Source: Promethearchaeota archaeon (GTDB lineage: Archaea > Asgardarchaeota > Lokiarchaeia > Sigyniarchaeales > SOKP01). Taken from it: a stretch of 64,000 nucleotides of DNA. The first letter of the stretch is position 1, and every line of letters begins with the position of its first letter. A program made the translations under genes and the position numbers. The notes below the pieces were generated by a model, which was not told the origin of the DNA, searched no databases, and saw only the letters and a program-made list of their open reading frames with translations. Shown here piece by piece: positions 18,035 to 27,965 of this stretch. The stretch covers positions 128,001-192,000 of the forward strand of contig JAUVNS010000008.1 of the NCBI GenBank assembly GCA_030599585.1, written 5' to 3'.

Positions 18035-18835
18035 CTAGAAAAACATGGTTATTGCCAAACCTATTAAAACTACTGCCACAAAAAGTTTTAAATAGAATTT
18101 CGGCATTTTTTTTGAAATTTTCGCTCCAATTATAGATCCAAAAATAGATCCTATTGATATTATAATTCCAACAATAACATCAATTTGTCCTGTAATAAGT
18201 TTTACTAACGTATTATAAATTGCTGTGAAAAAAACTATTGAAGTTGATATGGCAGTAGAATTATGAATTGGAAAGTCTAAAATAATATTAAGTGAGGGAG
18301 AGTTAATAATTCCTCCTCCAATTCCTAAAAGGTTAGCTGCAAATCCTGCTAAAATAAAATATGGAATTGATTTCTTAAAATTAGATTTATAGTCATGAGA
18401 ATCTAAAGAAAATACAATTACTTCTTCAGTTTGATTTTTTGTTCTTTTATTTGTTTTTAAAGTCTTATAAATCATATTTATTCCAGCAATTAATAAGGTG
18501 CCCGCAAAGATTATTTTTAACACATTACTTTCAACATGAACAAATGAAAATAAAATCGACGATAAAATACTCCCCAAAATTGAAAAAGCAGCGAATATTA
18601 AGGATAGACGAACCTTTGTTCTTTTTTGTCGCAAATAGGTTATAAAACCTGCTAAAGAAGAAAAAAGAATTATGAAGGTGCTTGTATCTACTGCAACATT
18701 AATAGGGAAAAGAAAAAGGAGCGTCATGATGGATACAAAGAACACTCCTCCGCCTATTCCGGCAATAACAGAGACAATACCGGATAATAGACCCAGTAAA
18801 ATTAATAAGGAGACAAGATAGAAAGATAATTCCAT
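18035..18835 (-). CDS. TauE/SafE family (sulfite exporter-like) membrane protein
   Basis: Duplicated GIGGG motifs, AxxTS motifs and GAKISKKMP. Confidence 0.9.
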   Translation of the reverse strand: MELSFYLVSLLILLGLLSGIVSVIAGIGGGVFFVSIMTLLFLFPINVAVDTSTFIILFSSLAGFITYLRQKRTKVRLSLIFAAFSILGSILSSILFSFVHVESNVLKIIFAGTLLIAGINMIYKTLKTNKRTKNQTEEVIVFSLDSHDYKSNFKKSIPYFILAGFAANLLGIGGGIINSPSLNIILDFPIHNSTAISTSIVFFTAIYNTLVKLITGQIDVIVGIIISIGSIFGSIIGAKISKKMPKFYLKLFVAVVLIGLAITMFF

Positions 18836-18983
18836 GGGCGATAAAATGGTATATTCATCATAAATCTTTTTAATAATTAGAAAGAGAATCTTAATCGAAA
18901 ATTGAAAGAAAAATCAAGAATTAAATTATAAAAGAGTTATTAGATAGTAAATATATAATTTTGAATTCAAATAGTTATCATTT

Positions 18984-19379
18984 ATGCCCGATTCTAACGA
19001 AGATAAGCTGGTTGTTGCTCTCGTTGCTTGTTCTAAGTGTGGAAATGCTTTCATGATAAAAAAGGGACAAAAAAAAACCGATGATTTGGTATGTGATAAC
19101 TGTCTTAGGTTAGAACAGCGAAAAAAACAGCTTACAGACTCAGTTAAAGAATCTCAAAAAGAAATTGAAAGTTCTATAAGGGGATATAAAAATTCGTTGC
19201 GAGTTGCTAAATCTCAACAAATAAAACAAATATACTTCGATAAGATTAAGAAAACTTCTAACACATTAAATAACTCTGTCGATCTTCTTAAAAAGATAGA
19301 AGAAACTAACGATGAGAATTATATTGAAGAATATAAGAAGTTGTTTGAAGAAATGAAAAAAGACTATGCAGATAAATAA
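18984..19379 (+). CDS. Hypothetical protein: CxxC..CxxC Zn ribbon plus coiled coil
   Basis: CSKC...CDNC followed by a charged helical region. Confidence 0.75.
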   Translation: MPDSNEDKLVVALVACSKCGNAFMIKKGQKKTDDLVCDNCLRLEQRKKQLTDSVKESQKEIESSIRGYKNSLRVAKSQQIKQIYFDKIKKTSNTLNNSVDLLKKIEETNDENYIEEYKKLFEEMKKDYADK

Positions 19380-19513
19380 TAAGCAATACTTTCTTCTTCT
19401 TTTATATTTTCATTCAGAATCATTTTTAAACAATCTAAATTTCAAATTATTTAAGTAGAAATATCATTTAAAGATTAAAATATTAAATAAAATACATTTC
19501 CCGTGAACAGAAA

Positions 19514-19936
19514 ATGCCATTAAAACAAATATCTCTATTTCTCCCAAATAAACCAGGACAACTAGCTAATTTCTTTGAATTTTTGATGAACAACAAAATA
19601 TACATAAGATCTTTAACTGTTGCTGAAACAGAAGACTATGGATTATTATTACTTCTTGTTAACCCTTTTGAAAAATGCATAGCATTATTAGAAGATAATG
19701 ATTATTTACATTCAGTAACGGAAGTTGTTGCTGTAAAGTTATCTGACAACATCACTCAATTGTATAATATAGCTAAAACGCTAGGGAATCACAATATAAA
19801 CATCGAATATATATATACATTTGCCGAAAAGACCTCAGAAATAAGTACAATGACAGTTCTGAGGTTAGATGATAACGAAAAAGGAATAAATGTTTTAAAA
19901 GAGCACGGTTTTGAAGTAGTGGAAAATTTAGAATAG
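19514..19936 (+). CDS. Tandem ACT-domain protein (type usually found with IOR/phenylacetate-CoA ligase)
   Basis: KQISLFLPNKPGQL, AETEDYG and NINIEYIYTF. Confidence 0.9.
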   Translation: MPLKQISLFLPNKPGQLANFFEFLMNNKIYIRSLTVAETEDYGLLLLLVNPFEKCIALLEDNDYLHSVTEVVAVKLSDNITQLYNIAKTLGNHNINIEYIYTFAEKTSEISTMTVLRLDDNEKGINVLKEHGFEVVENLE

Positions 19937-19975
19937 TTATGGAAGCTAATATTCCCCATTTTTTAAATATAAATT

Positions 19976-21343
19976 CTATGTATTCAATTTCATGCGATCC
20001 AACAATACTTTTATCGCATAAGCTGCCTCTGTTGGCGTAAAAAACACTGGTGCTTCTTCTTTTTTAGCAAAATCTCTTAGATCTTTGAAATTTTCTCCAA
20101 AAAAAACAAAAGGTACGAGCGGTTTTAATCTCTTTGTGTCATTCCAAGCTCTAATCATACCCCTATAATGCTCATCAGATTTCATTTCTAAGAATGGGGG
20201 GATAACCAAGCATGGAACGACTATATCTATCTTTGAATCTTCCAACATGGCTTTTGTTATCTCGTAAAATTGTTTTTCAGCGGCTACACCAATCATGTCA
20301 AGAGGATTCTGAATTTTAACAAGTGAAATCAAAAACGGTTGAATTTTTTGTTTGAGAGCATCGGAAAACTCAGCTAATGTCAAATTAAACTCTTCTACCT
20401 TATCACTAAATAAAACAGAGCTTCCCCCACTATTCGTCAAAACTCCTATTCTCTTACCCTTAGCGTTTGGTAAAAATGAAAACGCTTTTAATGCTGTAAT
20501 AAAGTCAGTGGCATTTTCACACAATGTTGCTCCTGCTTGTTGTATAGAAGTTTTCAACATTTTATAGTTTGTGGCTATTGAACCAGTGTGACTACTTGCA
20601 GCTTTCATCCCCGTTGAAGTTCTTCCTCCCTTTAAAATGATAATTGGTTTAATAGGAACAATTGTTTTTAATGTATTTAATAGTTTCCTTCCTTCCTCAA
20701 CTGTTTCCATGTAGATACATATAATTTTTGTGTTCGCATCTTCTTTATAAAAATCAAGAATTTCATCAAATGAAACATCAATGTTATTTCCGATATTTGC
20801 AAATTTAGAGCATCCAATATTTTCTCGGTCCATAGCGTAAAAACTAGCACAGCTAAATGAACCTGATTGACTAATCATGCTAATATTCCCCCTTGGAGCT
20901 GCCTGTATAAAAGAAGCGTTGAGTCCGATATCAAGATTTTGTATTCCAACGCAATTTGGCCCCATAACTCGAATTCCCGCTTTTTTACATTTTTTTGCAA
21001 TTAAATCTTCAGCTTTTTTTCCTTCTTGATTAATTTCTCCAAATCCAGCAGTTATAATTATTACACATTTTACATGCTTTTCAATACACTCATCAATTAC
21101 ACTGTCTACAGCTCTAGCAGGAACTAAAATTATTGCAAGATCGATTTTTTTCTGAACATTTAATATGCTCTTATAACATTTAATTCCAAGAATTTCCTTA
21201 GTATTTTGAGTTATAAGATATAATTCACAAGCAAGATCTTTGTTTTGAAGGATATTTATGGTAACAGCATTTCCAAACTTTTTTGGATTAGCAGTCGCTC
21301 CGATGATTGCAATCGTTTTGGGAGAAAAAAAAAGAGAAATCAT
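19976..21343 (-). CDS. acdA: ADP-forming acetate/acyl-CoA ligase alpha subunit
   Basis: SPKTIAIIGAT, GPNCVG, SQSG, phospho-His motif SHTGS, TNSGG and NPLD. Start placed at ATG 21343, just after the iorA stop. Confidence 0.9.
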   Translation of the reverse strand: MISLFFSPKTIAIIGATANPKKFGNAVTINILQNKDLACELYLITQNTKEILGIKCYKSILNVQKKIDLAIILVPARAVDSVIDECIEKHVKCVIIITAGFGEINQEGKKAEDLIAKKCKKAGIRVMGPNCVGIQNLDIGLNASFIQAAPRGNISMISQSGSFSCASFYAMDRENIGCSKFANIGNNIDVSFDEILDFYKEDANTKIICIYMETVEEGRKLLNTLKTIVPIKPIIILKGGRTSTGMKAASSHTGSIATNYKMLKTSIQQAGATLCENATDFITALKAFSFLPNAKGKRIGVLTNSGGSSVLFSDKVEEFNLTLAEFSDALKQKIQPFLISLVKIQNPLDMIGVAAEKQFYEITKAMLEDSKIDIVVPCLVIPPFLEMKSDEHYRGMIRAWNDTKRLKPLVPFVFFGENFKDLRDFAKKEEAPVFFTPTEAAYAIKVLLDRMKLNT

Positions 21344-21347
21344 ATTT

Positions 21348-23252
21348 TCATTCAATCTCCTCATATATCGCATCTTGAGGACAAACATCTATGCAGACTT
21401 TGCACCACCTACAAACAGAACTCTCAATCGAAACTTTTTTATCAGCTTCATTAAAATTTAACGCTTGACACCCAAATTTATTAATGCATATCATACAACC
21501 TATACATTTTTCTTGATCTACCACTATGGAGGGAGGTGTTATTTGTTGAACCCGAAATTGGTTAGACTCTACCAAGGAACACAGATGTCGAGAAATGAAA
21601 ACTCGAACCCCATCTGCCTTGACTGCTTCTTCAAGCTTTTTAATTGTCGCGTTCAATTTATAAGCATCTTCAACCCAGATCTTTTCGGGAGGGACGCCAC
21701 AACCTTTCACAAGATCTTCTAAGACAACGCGAATGCCGGGTTCTTTAGTGATGGTAACGCCTGTACCCGGATTATCTTGAAATCCTGTCATACTTGTTGA
21801 TCTGTTATCTAAAATAACGACCAACATATTATTTTTGTTAAATACAGCATTGATTAAAGCTGGAATCCCTGAATGGAAAAATGTAGAATCACCTAAAATT
21901 GCCAAGACTGGATTATCTGAACTTTGAACCTTTGCAATTCCGTTTGCTAAGCCTATTGAGCCTCCCATACACACTTCTGTGTCTATTCCCTCTAACGGTT
22001 TGTAAACTGCGAGAGTATAGCAACCAATGTCAGATGAGTTCACAAATTTCGTCTTCATCGTCTTTTCTACTTGTTTAATCGCATAGAATGTGGATCGATG
22101 TCCACAGCCTGGACATAAGATCGGAAGCCTTGGAGGGATGATTAATATATTTTCAGGAACAGATACTTTCTTATATGATAAACCAATCAATCGAGCAATA
22201 TTTTCGAGATATATCTCCCCAGAAAATTCTCCGTTTTGTGGAAAAATGTCTTTACCATGAATAATTAACTCTTTTGAGTAGCCTTCTTCAAACGCAATTT
22301 GCTTCATGATATTTTCAAGGAAAGGTTCGAGTTCTTCAACTACCACGATTTCGTCTGAGTGAGTAAATAATTTCTTTATTAACTCCTTAGGTGGTGGATA
22401 AACTAATCCAAGTTTTAAAATTGAAACCTTATCAGTAATACCGTAGTGATTAAGGGCATCTAACAATTGAGAATATGGTACTCCTGCAGCTACAAACCCA
22501 TATCTAACACCGTTAATTTTTTCTCCCGATAATTGTAGCGAATTAAAGGGAAAATAATCAGCAAATTTGGAGATTTCTTCTAACCTTTCTAACAACCTCA
22601 AACGCAATATTCGGGAGTGAGAAGGTAAACAAACCCATCTTGAGCGGTCCCAATCAAAACCGTAATCACGATCTATTAGATCCACATCTCCAAGAATCAC
22701 ATCACCTCTACCGTGGTTTAATCTAGTAGTAGTACGAAACAATACCAAGGATTGATATTCTTCTGAAAAATCAAATGCGTACTTTATCATGTCTTTTGCT
22801 TCTTGTGGGGTTGAAGGCTCAAACACAGGCACAAGAGCATGTAATCCAAAATATCTGTTATCTTGTTCATTTTGAGAGGAATAACAGTTAGGATCATCTG
22901 CCGAGATCAATACCATTCCACCTCTTGCTCCTGCATAACATGCTGTCATGAAGGCATCTGATGCAACATTGACTCCAACATGTTTCATAACAGCAACTGA
23001 ACGTACATTCGACATCGAACCACCGTACGCTACCTCAAAGCCTACTTTTTCATTTACACTCCATTCTAATTTGAGATGAGGATAGAACTTTTGCATAACC
23101 GCTAAAGTTGGTAATATTTCTGATGAGGGAGTACCGGGGTAACCAGCACCAATTACAACTCCTGCTTCTAGAATTCCTCTGGCAATTGCTTCGTTTCCCA
23201 ACAGTATTATTTTTTTTCCTGGATTCTCCTCAGCAAATTCGGGTCTAATCAT
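21348..23252 (-). CDS. iorA: Indolepyruvate:ferredoxin oxidoreductase alpha subunit
   Basis: LLGNEAIARG, YPGTPSSE, NEKV, KHVGVNVA, SSQNEQD, LCPGCGHR, DIGCYTL, GDSTFFHSG and a C-terminal 2[4Fe-4S] domain. Confidence 0.96.
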   Translation of the reverse strand: MIRPEFAEENPGKKIILLGNEAIARGILEAGVVIGAGYPGTPSSEILPTLAVMQKFYPHLKLEWSVNEKVGFEVAYGGSMSNVRSVAVMKHVGVNVASDAFMTACYAGARGGMVLISADDPNCYSSQNEQDNRYFGLHALVPVFEPSTPQEAKDMIKYAFDFSEEYQSLVLFRTTTRLNHGRGDVILGDVDLIDRDYGFDWDRSRWVCLPSHSRILRLRLLERLEEISKFADYFPFNSLQLSGEKINGVRYGFVAAGVPYSQLLDALNHYGITDKVSILKLGLVYPPPKELIKKLFTHSDEIVVVEELEPFLENIMKQIAFEEGYSKELIIHGKDIFPQNGEFSGEIYLENIARLIGLSYKKVSVPENILIIPPRLPILCPGCGHRSTFYAIKQVEKTMKTKFVNSSDIGCYTLAVYKPLEGIDTEVCMGGSIGLANGIAKVQSSDNPVLAILGDSTFFHSGIPALINAVFNKNNMLVVILDNRSTSMTGFQDNPGTGVTITKEPGIRVVLEDLVKGCGVPPEKIWVEDAYKLNATIKKLEEAVKADGVRVFISRHLCSLVESNQFRVQQITPPSIVVDQEKCIGCMICINKFGCQALNFNEADKKVSIESSVCRWCKVCIDVCPQDAIYEEIE

Positions 23253-23865
23253 TAGAACCACCCTTTAAATCTATTCCCTTTTCAATTCCAATTTCAAATG
23301 CTTTCTTGTTTATATCATGAAACTTTGAAGGTAGATAACTTAAGATAGCTTTCTGGAGCGTTTCTTTTTTAAGTGGTAATACTTGTAAACCAATTAGAGT
23401 TCCTACCATTACAACATTCATTGTTCTTGGATTCCCCAAATCCGTGGCAATTTTTACGGCGTCTATAAAAAATATATGCGGCGATACACTTTTCAAAAAA
23501 TCGCGAATTTCTGTTATGTTTGGATAGTCCATTCCCATCTGGTGAATCATTGGAGGAATGATAATGTTCTCATTAATCAAAAAAACGGTTTCTGGTCCAG
23601 CATAATTAAAAATCCTAACAGCCTCACTCGCCTCAAATGCTAAGATGGTATCAGTTTTTCCTCTTGGAATAAGTGGACCTTCTACTTCGGTGCCAAAACG
23701 TAGAAAAGACGTAACTGAACCACCTCTCTGGGCCATACCATGAGTTTCTGCAGTTCTAATTTTATAATCATCTAATAAAGCAGCATATGAGAGAATTTGT
23801 GCTGCCCGAATTACTCCTTGGCCACCCACTCCTACATTCAATAAATTATAACTTTTGATTTCCAT
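23245..23865 (-). CDS. iorB: Indolepyruvate:ferredoxin oxidoreductase beta subunit
   Basis: GVGGQG, ETHGMAQRGGSV and GNPRTMNVVMVG. Confidence 0.95.
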   Translation of the reverse strand: MEIKSYNLLNVGVGGQGVIRAAQILSYAALLDDYKIRTAETHGMAQRGGSVTSFLRFGTEVEGPLIPRGKTDTILAFEASEAVRIFNYAGPETVFLINENIIIPPMIHQMGMDYPNITEIRDFLKSVSPHIFFIDAVKIATDLGNPRTMNVVMVGTLIGLQVLPLKKETLQKAILSYLPSKFHDINKKAFEIGIEKGIDLKGGSND

Positions 23866-23952
23866 GATTAAGTATCATCAAAAATTAAGCTTTTTACTAT
23901 CCTCTTTAGTTTTTCTTAATCTCTTAAATTTAATTAAATTATTCCTTAAAAT

Positions 23953-23985
23953 AGATAATGGGAAGATAATGGGAAGATAATGGGG
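23953..23985. repeat. 3 x 11-bp tandem repeat AGATAATGGG(A/G)
   Basis: agataatggga agataatggga agataatgggg, about 90 nt upstream of iorB. Confidence 0.85.
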
Positions 23986-24606
23986 AGCACCTATTCATTT
24001 TTAAATATGGATTAAGAGAATTAAAAAAGAAAATTTTAATCTGAAACTAAGTTTGCGTTTAGCAAAATAAGATTTGTATTATGCAACTTTAGACATTGCG
24101 AGATATATATAATTGAAAAAAATGAAAAGTAGTCGTTAAGCCAAAAAATAATTATCTATTAAATGGTTTCACCAATCAGATTTATTCTTAAGTATCAAAT
24201 CTAAAATCATAATTAATTAAATTAAAGATGAGTTGTTAATCGCTCTTTTAATGAAGGATTTATGCCTATTAAGTTCTTAATAAATTTTGATTTTGAATTT
24301 GTAATAGCTTGTCGATCAAAAATTTTGCACACAAATTTGGTTAATTTTAGTTGAATAAACTGGTTTAGGTCTGAAGAAATTCGAGAATTTTTTTTTTTTT
24401 AAATTAAATCTATGAATTATCTTCACATTTATATTTAAATCTAACATTAAATAGATAAAGTAAATGAGAATATATTTCAAATGTGCTAATATCATTTTAA
24501 TTTATTGAATATTCAAATAGAACGATTGTAAAATTAACGAATGAATCGTAATATTTTTATAGGTTTAAAATCATTATTATGTTAGAAAATTTCGATTTTC
24601 TATCTT

Positions 24607-24698
24607 GTAGTGGAATGTTTCGATTTTAGCCCGTAATTTATTCCTCCACGAATGAGTTTTTCCCGCTAAAAGTATTTGCATTCCATTACGTTTTTTTT
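24607..24698 (+). ncRNA. Candidate structured RNA (long interrupted hairpin followed by U8)
   Basis: Stems 24607-17/24679-89, 24624-30/24665-71 and 24637-43/24650-56, with G-U pairs only on the + strand. Followed by T8 at 24691-98. Confidence 0.35.
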
Positions 24699-24955
24699 AT
24701 TTTTACCTACCTGACATTCCATTTCAGGCAAGATTGTTTGAATTTTTATTCGTCAATCATATTTTAGTGCTATTTCTAGAAGATATTATTCAACATCAGC
24801 AAGAGAAATTCAAAGGTTTTAAATGTTAACTATGTCAAAAAAGTGTAGATTTAATTATATAAATTTTAAATCGTTGTTATTATTCAAATTCATATTGAAC
24901 TGAAGTTTAAATTTCAATCAGTTTATAAAAAAAATAAATCTCAAGGTTGAATATA

Positions 24956-25747
24956 ATGGGAAAATTTGATGGAAAAGTAGCATTTCTAACAGGTGGTGCA
25001 TCTGGACTGGCAGAACAGGCTGCTAAAGATTTTGCTGCTGAAGGATCAAAAATTGTAATTTTTGATATTGATAAGGAAAACGGAGAACGTGTAGAAAAAG
25101 AAATAAAAGACGCTGGTGGCGAAGTTTTTTATTTTGAGGGAGATGTAAGAAAATCCGATTCTGTTGATGCTGGAGTTAATCAAGCGTTTGAAAAGTACGG
25201 AACTGTTGATTTTTTAATTTACTCTGCTGGTATCTTAAAAGATGGAATGATACATAAATTGTCGGAGGAATATTGGGACGATGTGATTAACACACACCTT
25301 AAAGGTTTTTATCTATCTTTACAAGCTTGTGCTAAACGATGGATCGCCTCTTGCAAGGAAAATCCGAAAGAAAAAATTGCCGATTACCCCGATAAGAGAG
25401 TGATCACAATTAGTAGTCAAGCAGCTGAAGGAAATATTGGGCAATTGAACTATGCAGCAGCTAAATCTGGTATGTTAGGGATGGTTAAAACAGCAGGGTT
25501 AGAATTGATTCGTTATAATATTAGAACGCACGCAATCATGCCTACTTTAATCGAAACTCCAATCCTCGGTGAATTATTAAGCAAACAAGAGGGTAAATGG
25601 AGAAAATACTATTCTGGAAGGATTCCCTTAGGAATAGGAGAATCCAAATATGTATCTGAAGTCATATTATTTTTATGCAGCGAAGCCGCATGGTTTATGA
25701 ACGGAGAGATTATAGGTATAAACGGCGGTCGTTTAGATAAGGTTTAG
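24956..25747 (+). CDS. Short-chain dehydrogenase/reductase (FabG/3-oxoacyl reductase-like)
   Basis: TGGASGLA, SAGILKD, ISSQ and YAAAK. Confidence 0.92.
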   Translation: MGKFDGKVAFLTGGASGLAEQAAKDFAAEGSKIVIFDIDKENGERVEKEIKDAGGEVFYFEGDVRKSDSVDAGVNQAFEKYGTVDFLIYSAGILKDGMIHKLSEEYWDDVINTHLKGFYLSLQACAKRWIASCKENPKEKIADYPDKRVITISSQAAEGNIGQLNYAAAKSGMLGMVKTAGLELIRYNIRTHAIMPTLIETPILGELLSKQEGKWRKYYSGRIPLGIGESKYVSEVILFLCSEAAWFMNGEIIGINGGRLDKV

Positions 25748-25789
25748 ATAAAAGCTAATTAATAAATAAAAAATTATTTTTCATTTTTC

Positions 25790-26992
25790 TTATTCTTTAT
25801 TTAGGGTCATTTTCTTTATTTCTTCAATCAATATAGGAATTATTTCATGAAGATTTCCTACAATCCCATAATGAGCAAAATTGAAGATAGGAGCATCTGG
25901 ATCCTTATTGATTGCTACGATAATATTTGAATTTTCCATACCAACGATATGTTGGATAGCTCCGGAAATACCGCAGGCAATATATAATTTTGGAGAAACT
26001 GTTACACCTGTTTGGCCAATTTGCCTGTCCGGATCAAGCCAATTTAACTCAATGGTTATTCTTGAGCCACCTAATTCTGCCCCCAATACAGTTGCTAAAT
26101 CTTCGATGAGTTTAAAGTTTTCTTTTGAACCAACTCCTCGTCCACCTGCCACTATGATTTTTGCGTCTTCGAGGTTTACTGGAGTTTTACTCGTATTTAT
26201 GACTTTTATTATTTTGGAAACAGAATCTGCTTCTGTAAAATTGTAATCAATTACTTTAACGGGTACCTCTTTTTTAATCTTTTTGGGTGCTTTAAAAATT
26301 CCCGGCCTTACTGTAGCCATTTGAGGTCTACTAAAAGGAGTTCTAATAGTTGCCATGATATTTCCGCCAAATGTTGGGCGAGTTTGTAAAAGATTTTTAG
26401 TCTCGGGATTTATGTCCAAACCCGTACAATCTGCTGTCAACCCTGCGTGTAGTCTTTTGGCTACTCTAGGCGCAAAGTCCCTTCCGGTTGGAGTAGCTCC
26501 AATAAGTACTATCTCCGGTTTATGTTCTTCGATAAGCTCTGAAATTACTTTTACATATAAATCTGAATAATAATCTTTTAAAAGAGGTGATTTGACGTAA
26601 ATTATCTCATCCATTCCATATTCGCTAAAATCTCCAATATCTTCGTCGAAATTAGCGCCTAAAATTACGAATGTTAACTTTGAATCTAATAGATTTGACA
26701 ATTCTCGTCCTTTTCCTAACAGTTGGTATGCTACTTTGTGAACTACCTCTTTGTAGTGCTCGGCTATAACCCAAACACCTTTATATTGAGATAAATCTAT
26801 TTTATCTTCTGACGCTTTATCTCGCTCTAGAGTTATTGCCTCAACAGGACAGTTTTCTACGCATATTCCACAAAGATTACAATTTGGTAACACTATTGCT
26901 TTATCGTTTTCTAATTCAATTGCTCCATACGGGCAACTATCAACACAGTTCCCGCAACCAGTGCATTGATCTTCGTCAATGATAATGCTCAA
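25790..26992 (-). CDS. etfA: Electron transfer flavoprotein alpha subunit with N-terminal 2[4Fe-4S] ferredoxin domain
   Basis: CTGCGNCVDSCP and CNLCGICVENCP; GLTADCT, RPTFGG, QIGQTG and GISGAIQH. TTG start with GAGG SD. Confidence 0.95.
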   Translation of the reverse strand: MSIIIDEDQCTGCGNCVDSCPYGAIELENDKAIVLPNCNLCGICVENCPVEAITLERDKASEDKIDLSQYKGVWVIAEHYKEVVHKVAYQLLGKGRELSNLLDSKLTFVILGANFDEDIGDFSEYGMDEIIYVKSPLLKDYYSDLYVKVISELIEEHKPEIVLIGATPTGRDFAPRVAKRLHAGLTADCTGLDINPETKNLLQTRPTFGGNIMATIRTPFSRPQMATVRPGIFKAPKKIKKEVPVKVIDYNFTEADSVSKIIKVINTSKTPVNLEDAKIIVAGGRGVGSKENFKLIEDLATVLGAELGGSRITIELNWLDPDRQIGQTGVTVSPKLYIACGISGAIQHIVGMENSNIIVAINKDPDAPIFNFAHYGIVGNLHEIIPILIEEIKKMTLNKE

Positions 26993-27004
26993 CTATAATT
27001 CCTC

Positions 27005-27808
27005 TTATAAAACTTTATCATCCTTTAAATTTTGACATAATTTTTGAACAACTTCTTCAATTGTCCCCCTTAAAATAACTCGATCTCCCTTCCGTTTGGG
27101 CACGAAGATTTTCCAAACTTCGGTACTTGAACCATTTAACCCAATTTTCGACGGATCAGCGTTTAAAGCAACACTATCTAAATGCACAATTTCTTTATTG
27201 TGTGCCTTCATAATTCCAGCCATGCTAGGATATCTAGGTTCGTTGATGTCGTTCAAAACAGAAATTAAAGCCGGTAAATTTGTTTCAATTACAACAATTT
27301 CTATTGCTCTAAATTTTCTCTCAGCAATTAATTTATTTCCCTTTAATTCCACATTAAGCACATATGCAATTTGCGGTATTTCTAACTCTTCAGCTAATTC
27401 GGGAGGAACTTGACCAGTATCTCCATCAATAGCTTGAGCACCGCATATAACAAGATACTTTTCTTCAGAATCTGATTCTTTTAATATTTTTTTGATAGCT
27501 AAAGCTAGTGTATATGAAGTAGCTAGCGTATCTGCTCCAGCAAAAGCTCTATCAGTTAATAAATAAGCTTGATCTGCCCCCATCGCTAAAACTTCTCGTA
27601 AAATTTCTTCTGCTTGAGGAGGCCCCATACTTAAAGCTATAACCTCAGCAGTATATTTTTCTTTTAATGAAAGAGCTATTTCAATTGCATTTCGATCGTT
27701 GGGATTAAGTATAGATAAAATTCCCTCTCTTACGAGCGTATTGGTTTTAGGGTCAATTTTTACCTCTGATACACCCGGAACTTGTTTTACGCAAACAAAT
27801 ATCTTCAA
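27005..27808 (-). CDS. etfB: Electron transfer flavoprotein beta subunit
   Basis: VCVKQVP, SMGPPQA, AGADTLATS, DGDTGQV and NEPRYP. Confidence 0.95.
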   Translation of the reverse strand: MKIFVCVKQVPGVSEVKIDPKTNTLVREGILSILNPNDRNAIEIALSLKEKYTAEVIALSMGPPQAEEILREVLAMGADQAYLLTDRAFAGADTLATSYTLALAIKKILKESDSEEKYLVICGAQAIDGDTGQVPPELAEELEIPQIAYVLNVELKGNKLIAERKFRAIEIVVIETNLPALISVLNDINEPRYPSMAGIMKAHNKEIVHLDSVALNADPSKIGLNGSSTEVWKIFVPKRKGDRVILRGTIEEVVQKLCQNLKDDKVL

Positions 27809-27843
27809 ATCGAAATCACAACTTCTATAACCTATTTTAATTT

Positions 27844-27855
27844 AATGCATACTAT
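27844..27855. promoter_or_regulatory. AATGCATACTAT box upstream of etfB (identical copy upstream of the acyl-CoA dehydrogenase)
   Basis: Exact 12-mer about 36 nt upstream of the etfB start; second copy at 29158-29169. Confidence 0.45.
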
Positions 27856-27965
27856 TTTTTGTTAAAACGAATAATTTATTTAAGAGAAATAAATTTTTCG
27901 ATATTGAACCAAAAATGTGAAAGAAAAATTAGTTATTTAATAATAATGAATTTCATTTAAACCAC

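Noticed and set aside
24600-24690. Minus-strand H/ACA guide RNA reading of the hairpin (ACA about 15 nt from an internal loop)
   Set aside because: The minus strand turns the G-U pairs into A-C mismatches, no K-turn/K-loop is visible, and I could not identify an rRNA target.
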